Below are positions 20,942 through 30,845 of a DNA stretch of 64,000 bases, piece by piece; positions within the stretch are counted from its first letter, which is position 1; every line of letters begins with the position of its first letter. A program made the position numbers and the translations under genes. The stretch is taken from the NCBI GenBank assembly GCA_965240325.2, contig OZ251222.1, positions 620,001-684,000 of the forward strand, read 5' to 3'. A model generated the notes under the pieces. The model did not search any database, was not told the DNA's origin, and worked only from the letters and a program-made list of their open reading frames with translations. The stretch comes from Rebecca billardiae RCC1528 (Eukaryota > Protista > Haptophyta).

Positions 20942-23900
20942 TCACGGCGCCGTCAGCAGCGCAGCGACGGCCGACGTCTCCGCCTCGGCGAGCGCCCGGA
21001 GCGCCGCCGCCGCGTGCGCCGCGCTCGCAGCCGCTCCATCGGCGCCTCCACCGCCCTCCGCGCCGCCGGCTGGCGCGCGCCGCGGCGCAGAGCGCGCGCG
21101 CGCCGGCGCCGCGTGCGGGTGTGCTGGGAACGACGGCGCCGGCGGCTCGGCCACGCCCACGCCGCCCGCGCTCAAGCCCGACGCCGCGAGCGCAGACCAC
21201 ACCGCATCCGGGTGCGCGCGGCCGAGGCCGATCAAGACCGCGCGCGCGCGCTCCGCCAGCGCCGCGCCGTCCGCGCGCGCGCACGCGCTGGGCTGCAGCG
21301 TGGCAAGCAGCGCGCGCGCGGCGCCGTCGGCATGCGGGGCGATCGCGTCGCCTGCGTCGAGCTCGATGAGCGCGTCGAGGCCGTCGAGCGCGGCGCGGCG
21401 CAGCGCGAGCGCGTGCGCGCGCGAGAGCGCGACGCCGTCGCTCGGCGCCGCGCCGTGCGCTCGGCGCACGCCGCCGCCGCCGTCGTCGTCGTCGCCGTCT
21501 GCGCGCGCGCGCAGCGCGGCGCGCAGCGCTGGCCACACCTCCTGAGACGCGCGAGCGCGGAGGTACTCCGCCGGTGGCGCGCGGAGCCACTCGGAGAGCA
21601 CGCCCGCCGCGGCGATGCGCGCGCGCGGGTGCGCGCCCCGTAGCAGCTGATACCTGAGCGCAGGCCACAGCGCGTGCACGGCGGGCAGCAGGCGGCGCGG
21701 CCGGTGGCCGAGGCCGCGCGCGGCGTGCGCCGCGGCGCGCAGCGCGCAGCATGCTTCGCGCACGTCGGCTGAGCCGAGCCAATGGGCGCACCGACTCAGC
21801 GTGCCGAGCAGCATGGCGTCGCGCGAGCCCGGCGGCAGCGGCGTGTCCACGTCCTCCTCCTCCTCCTCCTCCACCTCGCCATCGCCCTCCCTCCGTGGCG
21901 GCTGCGGCCGCGGCCGCACGCCGGCCGCCGCTGCCGTCGGCTCGCGCGCGCCCGCGCCGTCGGCGCCGCCTGCCGTGGCGCCGCGCGCCGCGCCACCGCT
22001 CGCGGGAGACCCAGGCCGCGCGGGCTGGCCGGGCGCGAGCGGCGCCGGGCAGAGCTCGTCGTCGCTCGAGTCCTCGGCCGAGCTCTCGCCGCCCTCCGCC
22101 CCGAGCGCCCCGCCCTCGCCCCGTCCCATGTCCATTCGGAGGTCGGCCGCGGCGCGCGCACTCGCCACGGCCGCGGCCAGCGCCTCGCGCGCCGCCGCCT
22201 CGAGCGCGCTCGCGCCCGCGGCCGGGGCGGGCAGCGTGCGCGCGGCGGGCGTGCCGCGCGTCGCGCCGCCCTCCGGCTCCGTCATCGCGAGCGCGGCGGC
22301 GGCCGCGAGCATGACGCGCAGCAGCGGCAGCGCGCGCACCGTCGCGCGCGCGCCGCCCCGCGCGCCGGGCGTCGAAGCATCGACCGGCGCCTCCAAAGCG
22401 CGCTCGGAGAGGGTTGCTGCGGTCGCCGCGCCGCCGTCGGGCAGCGGCGGCGCGCAGTGCGCGTCGTCGAGCGCGCGCGCGGTCCACTCCAGCACGTCCG
22501 CGAGCAGCGGCAGCGCGGCGCGCGGCGCGTACGCCAGCAGTGCGCACAGCACCTGAGGAGCGCGCGGGTGCGCGTGCGGCCGCCGTATCTGGGCGACGAG
22601 ATTGTCCACGAGATAGTCGAGATTGCACTGGAGCAGGGAGGCCACGCCGCGCACGCCCGCGGCGCCAGCGCGCGCGGGGCCGGGGGCGCAGGGCGCCAAC
22701 CCGGCCGGAGCGGGTGCGGGTGCGGGTGCGCAGCCGGGCGCGCCCGCGGGTGCGGCGGCGGCGGCGCCGCCGCCCACGCCGCCGGGCGGCTTGGCGCGCG
22801 CGAGCTGCATCTGCTGCAGAGCCGCATGCGCCGCGCACGCCACCGCCTCCCGCGGGTCCCCCAGCGCCTCCGCCAGCGGGTAGAGGGCGGCCATCAGCGT
22901 CTCGTCGCCGAGCGCGGGGCCGAGGGCGCGCGCGCACTCGGCCACGCACGCGAGGCAGCGCGCGTGCAGCGCGCACTGCGTAGCGGCGCGCGCGCCCGGC
23001 GGCGCTAAGGCTCTGAGTAGGCCAGTGGATGTGGCTGACAGCGCGCCGCCGTCCGCGCCGCCCGCCAGCGCAGCCGGCGGCGGCGCGCCCCGCTCATCCT
23101 CGCCGCCGCTCCCGCTATCCCGGCGCAGCCCGGCCGACCCGCCGCCATCCTCGTCGTCAGCAGCCGCCGCCCAGAGCGTTGGCTCTAGCAGTGCGGTGCA
23201 CAGCGCCGTGCACAGCCGCGCGCCCTCTGCGCGCACGCGCGCGCGCGCCGAGGCGGGCGCGAGGCGCGCGTCTGACCACACGCCGTCGTCCCAGCCGAGG
23301 CCGGCGGCGTCTTCGTCCACGCCGCGTGCGCCGCGTGCGCCGCCCTCGGCGCCGCCGCGTGCCGCGCCGCCATCGCCGCCGCCGCCGCCATCGCCGCCGC
23401 CGCCGCCATCGTCGCCGCCGCCGAGCGCGCCGCCTCCGGCGCTCCGGCCCTCGAACGCGAGGGCGGGCGCGTCGCCCGCGCGCACGAGCGCCTGCAGGCA
23501 CAGCAGCGCACCGAGCCGCCTCGACGCCGGCCCCTCCGCCGCGCCCAGCTCCTCGAGCCACGCGGCCGCCGCCAGCGTCCGGCCCGCGGCCGCGCCCACC
23601 TCCGCGCCGAGGGCGTGCAGCGCGGCGCGCGCGCCCTCGGAGCGGACGTGGCGGAGCGGCGGCGCGCGGAGCGCGGCGCGCGCCGCCGCGGCGTCGAGCT
23701 GCGCGGGCGTGCGCGCGAGCCCGCCGCCGTACCGCCCGCCCGCGCCCTCCTCCGCCTCGCCGCCCACGCCCACGCCGTGCCGGGGCAGCAGCGGCTCGAG
23801 CGCGGCGGCGAGCGCGCGCGCGATTCGCGGCAGCTGCGCGCGCGCGACCGGCCGCGCGCGCGCGCCGAGCAGGCGCAGGTGCGTGGCGAGGGCGAGCGCG

Positions 23901-25219
23901 CAGCGCGCCTTGGCGCCCTCGTCCACGCCGCGCGCCACGCCCGGCAGCGCGTCCACCGCCGCGAGCACGCACGCCTCCAGGTGCGCGTGCAGCGGCGGCG
24001 GCGGCGCAAGCGGCGCGCCGCGCGCGCGCGCGCCGGTGTCGGCGCTCGCGCGCCGCACGGCCTCGCGCAGCGCGCGCTGCGCGGCGTGGGCGACGGGCGG
24101 CGCGTCGTCGGCGGCCGCGGCGCCGAGGTAGTCCAGCAGCAGCGGCGCGCACGGCTCGAGCGCGCGCGAGCACTCCACGAGGCACGCGCGGCACAGCGAG
24201 ACTGCAGCGGCGCGCGCGCGCTCGCCGCGCCGCGCGCACGCAGGCAGAGCCGACTGCAGCAGCGGCCGTAACGACTCGCACGCGCGCGCCGCCCACGCGC
24301 GGTCGCGCGCGACGCGGCACGTGGCGGGCGGCGCGCGCGGCGCGTCGCGCTCCGCCTCGGCCGCGCGCCCCGCCGCCCGCGCGTCCGCCGCGCGCGCGCC
24401 GAGCGCCGCCGCGCGCGACATCGCCCTCAGCTGAGCGATTGCATCGTCGCACACGCGCTGCTCGGCCGTGCCGCCGTCGGCGGCGGCGGCGGCGGCGTTG
24501 GCATCGGAGAGCGGAGCGGCCCGGCCGGCGCTCGGTGCGCGCGCGCGCGCACGCGTCTCCTCTGCCAGGCTCGCGTCGCCGAGCGCGCCGACCAGCGCGC
24601 ACTCCCACGCGCCCAGCGCGCTCGCAAGCGTCGCCGAGCTGCGGATCGCGTCCAGTGTCGCGACGCGCGCGCACGCGGAGCTGAGGCCCGGGAGCACGAA
24701 GCCGAGGGCATCCGCGTCCGCGGAGGCGAGCAGTCGGACGAGTGCGCACGCCGCCTCGGCCGCGGCGGCGTGCAGCTCGGCGCCGCGCTCGCTCTCGAGC
24801 GAGGCGAGCGCGTCGGCGAGCGCGCGCGCAACCGTCAGCCGCAGAGCGCCCGCGGACGGCTCGGTTCGAAGCTCGCGCATCGCCGCGAGCGCGCCAGGCT
24901 GGCTCGCCACGAGCTCGACGCATCCGAGCGCCAGCCGCGTCGACTCCTCCGGGCTCACGCCCGCCGACGCCCCGCCCTGCGCCCACTCGCGGACGGTTCC
25001 GAGAACGTGCGCGAGCTGGTGGAGCATCACAGCGGCATGCACGGCGGCGTGGACGCCCGCGCGCTCGAGCGTGGCTCGGAATGCGTGGAGCTCGCGCTCG
25101 ATCGGCGTGTACGAGACAGGCGAGCGCGGCGGCCCGCCCGCCGCGCCGTCTGGCGGGCACAGCTTCTCGAGCCGGCCGACGCACGCGAACAGGGCCGCGC
25201 CATCGTCCGACGGCGGCAT
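20942..25219 (-). CDS. TTI1: TELO2-interacting protein 1 homolog (TTT complex)
   Basis: ATG at 25219. HEAT-like protein with FVLPGLSS, LYPLAEALGD, NLDYLVDNL..QIR...HPRAPQVL, LLPAVHALWP and HPDAVW motifs. Confidence 0.82.
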   Translation of the reverse strand: MPPSDDGAALFACVGRLEKLCPPDGAAGGPPRSPVSYTPIERELHAFRATLERAGVHAAVHAAVMLHQLAHVLGTVREWAQGGASAGVSPEESTRLALGCVELVASQPGALAAMRELRTEPSAGALRLTVARALADALASLESERGAELHAAAAEAACALVRLLASADADALGFVLPGLSSACARVATLDAIRSSATLASALGAWECALVGALGDASLAEETRARARAPSAGRAAPLSDANAAAAAADGGTAEQRVCDDAIAQLRAMSRAAALGARAADARAAGRAAEAERDAPRAPPATCRVARDRAWAARACESLRPLLQSALPACARRGERARAAAVSLCRACLVECSRALEPCAPLLLDYLGAAAADDAPPVAHAAQRALREAVRRASADTGARARGAPLAPPPPLHAHLEACVLAAVDALPGVARGVDEGAKARCALALATHLRLLGARARPVARAQLPRIARALAAALEPLLPRHGVGVGGEAEEGAGGRYGGGLARTPAQLDAAAARAALRAPPLRHVRSEGARAALHALGAEVGAAAGRTLAAAAWLEELGAAEGPASRRLGALLCLQALVRAGDAPALAFEGRSAGGGALGGGDDGGGGGDGGGGGDGGAARGGAEGGARGARGVDEDAAGLGWDDGVWSDARLAPASARARVRAEGARLCTALCTALLEPTLWAAAADDEDGGGSAGLRRDSGSGGEDERGAPPPAALAGGADGGALSATSTGLLRALAPPGARAATQCALHARCLACVAECARALGPALGDETLMAALYPLAEALGDPREAVACAAHAALQQMQLARAKPPGGVGGGAAAAAPAGAPGCAPAPAPAPAGLAPCAPGPARAGAAGVRGVASLLQCNLDYLVDNLVAQIRRPHAHPRAPQVLCALLAYAPRAALPLLADVLEWTARALDDAHCAPPLPDGGAATAATLSERALEAPVDASTPGARGGARATVRALPLLRVMLAAAAALAMTEPEGGATRGTPAARTLPAPAAGASALEAAAREALAAAVASARAAADLRMDMGRGEGGALGAEGGESSAEDSSDDELCPAPLAPGQPARPGSPASGGAARGATAGGADGAGAREPTAAAAGVRPRPQPPRREGDGEVEEEEEEDVDTPLPPGSRDAMLLGTLSRCAHWLGSADVREACCALRAAAHAARGLGHRPRRLLPAVHALWPALRYQLLRGAHPRARIAAAGVLSEWLRAPPAEYLRARASQEVWPALRAALRARADGDDDDGGGGVRRAHGAAPSDGVALSRAHALALRRAALDGLDALIELDAGDAIAPHADGAARALLATLQPSACARADGAALAERARAVLIGLGRAHPDAVWSALAASGLSAGGVGVAEPPAPSFPAHPHAAPARARSAPRRAPAGGAEGGGGADGAAASAAHAAAALRALAEAETSAVAALLTAP

Positions 25220-25357
25220 GGTCGAGTCCGGTGGGCGCTGGGCCGCTGGTCCGGCTGCGCGCAGCTGAAAGCGCGTCTCGAGCTGAGCTCCACCAGCGTT
25301 CACGCGTGCTCGGCGCGAGGCCCGCGGCGACCACCGAGCTGCGCGGCGTGGGCGAGC

Positions 25358-26437
25358 ATGGCGGAGCGGCTCGCGCGCATCTATGGCACGGAGGAGGACA
25401 AGGTGAACTGCCCGTTCTACCTCAAGATGGGCTCGTGCCGCCACGGCGACCGCTGCTCGCGCATCCACAACAAGCCGGTGATCTCGCAGACGATCCTGAT
25501 CCAGAACATGTACCAGCCGCCGACCGAGACGTTCGGCCCGGACGGCGTGCCGCTGCCGCAGGACCCGCGCGAGGTGCAGGAGCACTTCGAGGACTTCTAC
25601 GAGGACCTGTGCGAGGAGCTCATCGAGATCGGCGGCTCGCTCGAGACCGTCGAGGTGTGCCAGAACCTGAGCGACCACCTGCGCGGCAACGTGTACGCCA
25701 AGTTTGACAAGGAGGAGTCGGCGGGCAAGGCGCTGACCGCGCTGATGGGCCGCTTCTACGGCGGGCGGCCGATCCTGCCCCAGTTCTCGCCCGTCCTCGA
25801 CTTCCGGGAGGCGCGCTGCCGCCAGTTCGAGGAGTCGGAGTGCCAGCGCGGCGGCTACTGCAACTTCATGCATTTGAAGCACGTGCCCTCGCGCCTGCGC
25901 CGGCGGTACGACCTGCGCCGCCCGGACCGAGACGAGCGCGACGAGCGCGGGCCGCCGCGCGGGCGCTACGAGCCGCACCCGCACGGCCGGCACGACCGCT
26001 ACCCCGACCGCGAGCGCGGCGGCGGCGGCTACCGCGACGGCCCGCCGCGCGAGCGCGAGCGCGAGCGCGACTACGGCCGTGACCGCGGCCCACCGGACTA
26101 CCCGCCACCGGACGGGTACCGGCCGGACTATCGGTCCGATGCTCGGCCGCCGCCGCCGCCCCACGGCGAGTACGACGACCGGCGCGACCCCGAGCGACGG
26201 CCGCCGCCCCCCGCGGACGGCGCGGCTGGCGGTCCGGGCGGCGGCGGCGGCGGCCCCGAGTCAGACACGGAGCGGCGCGCGCGCATCGCCGCTTGGAAGG
26301 AGGCGAAGCGCGCGGGCGGGGGCGGGGGCGGCGCGCCGGACGGGCCGCCGGGCATGTCGCCGCACCCGCCGCAGCCTCCAGCCGAGGGCCACAACGGCGC
26401 CGCGGGCGAGTACGACCCGCCGCCACCGGGCCACTGA
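25358..26437 (+). CDS. U2AF1: U2 snRNP auxiliary factor small subunit (U2AF35)
   Basis: MAERLARIYGTEEDKVNCPFYLKMGSCRHGDRCSR CCCH finger, a UHM domain, a second CCCH (CRQFEESECQRGGYCNFMH) and an R/D-rich tail. Confidence 0.97.
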   Translation: MAERLARIYGTEEDKVNCPFYLKMGSCRHGDRCSRIHNKPVISQTILIQNMYQPPTETFGPDGVPLPQDPREVQEHFEDFYEDLCEELIEIGGSLETVEVCQNLSDHLRGNVYAKFDKEESAGKALTALMGRFYGGRPILPQFSPVLDFREARCRQFEESECQRGGYCNFMHLKHVPSRLRRRYDLRRPDRDERDERGPPRGRYEPHPHGRHDRYPDRERGGGGYRDGPPRERERERDYGRDRGPPDYPPPDGYRPDYRSDARPPPPPHGEYDDRRDPERRPPPPADGAAGGPGGGGGGPESDTERRARIAAWKEAKRAGGGGGGAPDGPPGMSPHPPQPPAEGHNGAAGEYDPPPPGH

Positions 26438-27340
26438 GCCAAGTGCCCGGTGGACCAGCCGGCGGAGCAAGCGCCGCCCGCGCCCCGCGCCCGCGGCCGA
26501 TCCTCCCATAGGCTGCGCGCGCCGGCGCGTGCGCGCTCGTGAGCAGCGCGGCCCGCGCGCATCTCGCGACGCCCGTGCTCGCCCGGCCAGGCTTCGGCCT
26601 CGGGCACTCCCCGCCCCACACGCGGGCACCGCTGGCCGCGCAGCAGAGCCTCAGCTGAGTACGGACGGACGTCGTGGGCGCTTGTGCGCTGCTGCGAGCG
26701 GCGGCACGGAGGTGTTGCTCTCGAGTGCGCCCGCAGAGAGCTCACCCCGCGTCCTCCTGGGATTCACCGCTCTGACATCTTCTCGCGTGCACGGCGCTCC
26801 TCCCGCGTGGGGCGGCTGTGACGGCCACCAGCCTCTCGCCGGCGGGTGGACGAGCTTGCTGCACGACGCCAACTGCCGCACAGCGGGCGCATCACCAGGA
26901 GGCTTTGTCCCACTCGGCCCGGCAGACGGCAGACGAAGTGTCCAACATGTCATACGGCTCACGCAGCCTATCAGTATCAGTCAGCCGATCAGTGACGATC
27001 GACACCTTATAGCTTACGAGACCGCTGGTCTGAAGACTCGCAACAAGTGTCACAATATCACAATATGCGCTTTAGTCTGAGACTGAGTAGCTGAGCAGTG
27101 CTCAGCAGGCACGCGTCATGAAGAGGAGGAATACAGTAGTTAGTGTGACTACTGTACAGCAACTCACACTCACTGACACTGTACAGTCAATAACTAGCTT
27201 ACTGTTAGCATCCGGCGGCTCCCCAGCAGCTGCAGTCCAGCTGCAGCAGCAGCAGCGGAAGGAAGCTACAGTACAGTAGTACGTCCGCGTGACCGTCGCA
27301 TCGCCGCATCCTGTGACCGTCCTCGAGGCGACCGAGGGCC

Positions 27341-29986
27341 ATGCGGTCGAAGCCCACCCGCGGCCGACGCAACGAGGCGTCTGAGATCGACGAGCTCAAG
27401 CGGCGCGTGCTCGAAGAGGCGCCGCCCGTCGGCGCCAACCCACTCGACGAGGGCAAGTGGGAGCCCGCGCCCTCCGCGCGCGCGGCCGAGCCGGGCGCGG
27501 ATGGCGGCGGCGCCGCCGGAGGGCCGCGGCGCTTCGACGAGCTGCCGCTCTCGCAGCGCTCGCTCGCGGGGCTGCGCGAAGGTGGGTTCACGCGCATGAC
27601 TGATATCCAGCGCGCCGCCATCCCGCACGCCCTCGCCGGCCGCGACGTGCTCGGCGCCGCGCGCACGGGCTCGGGCAAGACGCTCGCGTTTGTCGTGCCG
27701 CTGCTCGAGCGGCTCTTCCGCGAGCGGTGGACGGCGCTGGACGGCGTGGGCGCGCTGGTGGTCTCGCCGACGCGCGAGCTCGCCATGCAGATCTTCGACG
27801 TGCTCCGCGTCGCCGGCGCGCGCCACGAGCTCTCCGCCGGGCTCGTGATCGGCGGGAAGGACTTCAGGGAGGAGGCGGCGCGGATCACGCGCATGAACGT
27901 GCTCGTCGCGACGCCGGGCCGGCTGCTGCAGCACATGGACCAGACGGTGGGGTTCGAGCTGACCGCGCTGCTGCTGCTCATCCTCGACGAGGCCGACCGC
28001 ATCCTCGACATGGGCTTCGAGCGCACCGTCAACGCCATCGTGCGCGGGCTGCCCGCGGGGCGGCAGACGCTGCTCTTCAGCGCGACACAGACCAAGAGCG
28101 TGCGCGCGCTCGCGCGCCTCTCGCTCTCGCGGCCGCAGTACGTGGCGACGGGCGGCGCGGAGGAGGGGCTGGGCGTGCCCGCGAGGCTCGAGCACTTCTA
28201 CATGGAGCTCGAGCTGCCGCGCAAGCTCGACGTCCTCTGGTCCTTCCTGAAGGCGCACCTGCGCGCCAAGGTCCTCGTGTTTGTGTCGTCATGCAAACAA
28301 GCGCGGTTCGTGCACGAGGCCTTCTCCGCGCTGCGCCCCGGCGTGCAGCTGCTCGCGCTGCACGGGCGGCAGAAGCAGATGAAGCGGCTCGCCGTGTACA
28401 ACACGTACGCCAAGGCCAAGAAGGCCGTCCTCTTCGCCACCGACATCGCCGCGCGCGGGCTCGACTTTGCGGGCGTCGATTGGGTGGTGCAGCTGGACTG
28501 CCCTGAAGACGCAGCCACGTACATCCACCGCACCGGCCGCACCGCGCGGTACCGGTCGGGCGGGAAGGCGCTGCTGATGCTGCTCCCGTCGGAGCGCGCG
28601 ATGCTCTCCCGCCTCGCGCCGCACAAGATCGCCCCGCGCCGCCTCGACCCCAACCCGCGCAAGCTGCACGCCGTCTCCGCGCGCCTGCAGGCTCTGCTCT
28701 CGGAGCGGCCAGAGCTCAAGGCCCTCGCGCAGAAGGCGCTGGTGTCGTATGTGCGCTCCGTGATGCTGCAGGCGGACGGCGAGGTGTTCGACGTGCACGC
28801 GCTGCCCGTCGAGCCGTTCGCCGCCTCGCTCGGCCTCGTCGGCGTGCCGCGCGTCCGCTTCCTGCGCAGCTCAAAGCCGGGCACTGCGTGGGGCCGCGCG
28901 GCCAAGGCGGCGGACGCGCGCGCGGCCGGCGCCGCCGGCGCGGCCGGCGCCGCTCCCGCGCCGCGCGCCCGCGCCGACGGCGGTGGAGAGGGCAGCGAGG
29001 AGGAGGAGGAGGAGGAGGGCGCGGCGGGGCAGGAGGGCGGCGATGGCTCGGAGGACGAGGAGACCGACGAGGAGGAGACCGACGAGGAGCGCGACGGCGA
29101 GGGCGACGCCGCGGACGGCGCCGACGACGCCGACGACGCGGAGGGTCCGGCTGCACGGCCGCACCGCTCACGCAACAAGCTGCTCAGGCTCCTGGACGAG
29201 CGGCGCGCGCGCCAGCCGCGCGCCGAGCGGCGCGAGCCGAGCGGTGACGACGGGGAGGACGACCTGTTCGTCGTGAAGCGCGTGATCCGCCCGGATGACG
29301 AGGACGGCGCCGGGGCTGACGGCGCGCGCGCCGCGGCCGCGGCGGGCGTCGACGCCGCCCTGCTCGGGGGCGGCGCGGGCGCGGACCGTGCGACCAAGCT
29401 GCTCAAAGGGCTGAGCAAGGGGAAGCTCAAGCTGAAGCACGCCGGCGCGCTCGCGCAGAAGACGACGTTTGACGAGGCGGGCAACGCCGTGCGAGCGCGT
29501 GACGCCGACGACGGCGCGGACGACGAGCGCACGCGCACGGGGTTTGTCGAGGCCGTCCGCTCGCGGCTTCGCACGGCCGACCCGAGCGACAAGGCGGCCG
29601 AGCGCGAGCGCGTGCGCGAGAAGCACCGCGCCGAGCGCCTCAAGGCCAAGGCGCGCGAGCGGCGCCCTGAGGACGACGCGACGAACGCGCCCACGCTGGC
29701 GCCGAGTGCGGGGGTAGATGACGGCGACGAGGACGACGACGAGGACGACGAGACCGATGATGATGACGGGCGCGAGGCCGCCGCCTCCTCGTCGCCTGCA
29801 TCCTCCGCCTCCTCCTCCTCAGAGGGGGAGGGGGAGGAGGAGCCGCCGCGACGAGGGCTCAAGCGTGGCGCGCCCCAGGCGCGGCAGGGTGCGGCGGCAG
29901 CCGGCAAGGTGCGACGTACGAGCGCAGAGCCGGAGCCTCAGCTGGACGAGCTGGAAGCGAGGGCCCTGGCCCTGCTGAGCGGCTGA
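27341..29986 (+). CDS. DDX10: DEAD-box RNA helicase DDX10/Dbp4
   Basis: GAARTGSGKT, SPTRELA, DEADR, SAT, ARGLDF and HRTGRTAR motifs. The Dbp4-type context DGVGALVVSPTRE and GRLLQHMDQT is present. Confidence 0.93.
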   Translation: MRSKPTRGRRNEASEIDELKRRVLEEAPPVGANPLDEGKWEPAPSARAAEPGADGGGAAGGPRRFDELPLSQRSLAGLREGGFTRMTDIQRAAIPHALAGRDVLGAARTGSGKTLAFVVPLLERLFRERWTALDGVGALVVSPTRELAMQIFDVLRVAGARHELSAGLVIGGKDFREEAARITRMNVLVATPGRLLQHMDQTVGFELTALLLLILDEADRILDMGFERTVNAIVRGLPAGRQTLLFSATQTKSVRALARLSLSRPQYVATGGAEEGLGVPARLEHFYMELELPRKLDVLWSFLKAHLRAKVLVFVSSCKQARFVHEAFSALRPGVQLLALHGRQKQMKRLAVYNTYAKAKKAVLFATDIAARGLDFAGVDWVVQLDCPEDAATYIHRTGRTARYRSGGKALLMLLPSERAMLSRLAPHKIAPRRLDPNPRKLHAVSARLQALLSERPELKALAQKALVSYVRSVMLQADGEVFDVHALPVEPFAASLGLVGVPRVRFLRSSKPGTAWGRAAKAADARAAGAAGAAGAAPAPRARADGGGEGSEEEEEEEGAAGQEGGDGSEDEETDEEETDEERDGEGDAADGADDADDAEGPAARPHRSRNKLLRLLDERRARQPRAERREPSGDDGEDDLFVVKRVIRPDDEDGAGADGARAAAAAGVDAALLGGGAGADRATKLLKGLSKGKLKLKHAGALAQKTTFDEAGNAVRARDADDGADDERTRTGFVEAVRSRLRTADPSDKAAERERVREKHRAERLKAKARERRPEDDATNAPTLAPSAGVDDGDEDDDEDDETDDDDGREAAASSSPASSASSSSEGEGEEEPPRRGLKRGAPQARQGAAAAGKVRRTSAEPEPQLDELEARALALLSG

Positions 29987-30397
29987 CGGGCACATCAACT
30001 TCTCTGACAGCGCGGCCAGCGATGAACTTGAAGTGATGACAGATATGAGCGGCGCGGGGTCCCAGCATGATGATGAGCGTCGCTGCGGCGCGCGATGCCT
30101 GGCCCTGCGGGCTGGATCGATACATGTATATATATATGTATATATATATTGATATAATTAAGTGATATTTATTATTAGATGACGACCGCTGATTACGCAT
30201 ACGCGGTAGAGTCCCGTCATAGTCCGCTGGTCCGTGTCTGCTATAGACGAGAGTAGTCACTCAGTAGTAGAGTGCTAGACAGCAGCTTATTGTCAGCTAA
30301 CATTGTGCCGCCGCCGCCAGCCCTTCAGAGGCCGCCCCCCTGCTCGAGGCGGCCCACTGGCACTGTAATAGCCAAGTTACGCTAGGCATACCCTAGT

Positions 30398-30844
30398 GGG
30401 GTCAGAGCTCCGACCGTTACACTCTCGGGTGCCACAATCTCGTCCCGAAATCTCTTAGCATGAACTATCACACGGGTATTTACTTGGACGAACTAGTTAG
30501 TAGGCGTTAAGGCTTAATTCCAGGGTGTAGAATGATCCGCCTGTGCAAATTTCAGACTGCCAAAATGTGATCTAGACGGTGCGATTCTGGTGCAAATAGC
30601 GAGATCACCTTGGAGATATCGTGTATCTCCCCTACTAATGTTGCCGAGATCGCGTCGAGATTGAGGTCGTATATCTCCAGTATATGTGACATTTTTTCGC
30701 AAATAATAACTTGTCAGCGGCGTGATGACCCCAGCTCATTTTACGTACAGGCGAATCTTGACATCCCGAAGTTTGAGAGCCTCCTCTCAAGACGACAGGA
30801 AGTTGGATTTTGGGCCACGCACCCCCCAGTGGGGCTCTGACCCC
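30398..30844. mobile_element. 447-bp MITE-like element with 14-bp TIRs
   Basis: Left end GGGGTCAGAGCTCC (30398-30411) and right end GGGGCTCTGACCCC (30831-30844) form a 13/14 inverted match. The interior is low-GC with repeated GAGAT/ATCTC motifs. The direct repeat CTAGGCATACCC flanks both sides. Confidence 0.6.
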
Positions 30845-30845
30845 T

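Noticed and set aside
19149-26164. ORF-track starts at 22976, 26164 and 24770 implying overlapping genes
   Set aside because: The upstream parts are shadows of neighbouring genes. The plausible ATGs are 20672, 25219 and 25358.
26440-27080. Extra gene between U2AF1 and DDX10
   Set aside because: No convincing start, motif or codon pattern. It is probably UTR or degraded sequence.
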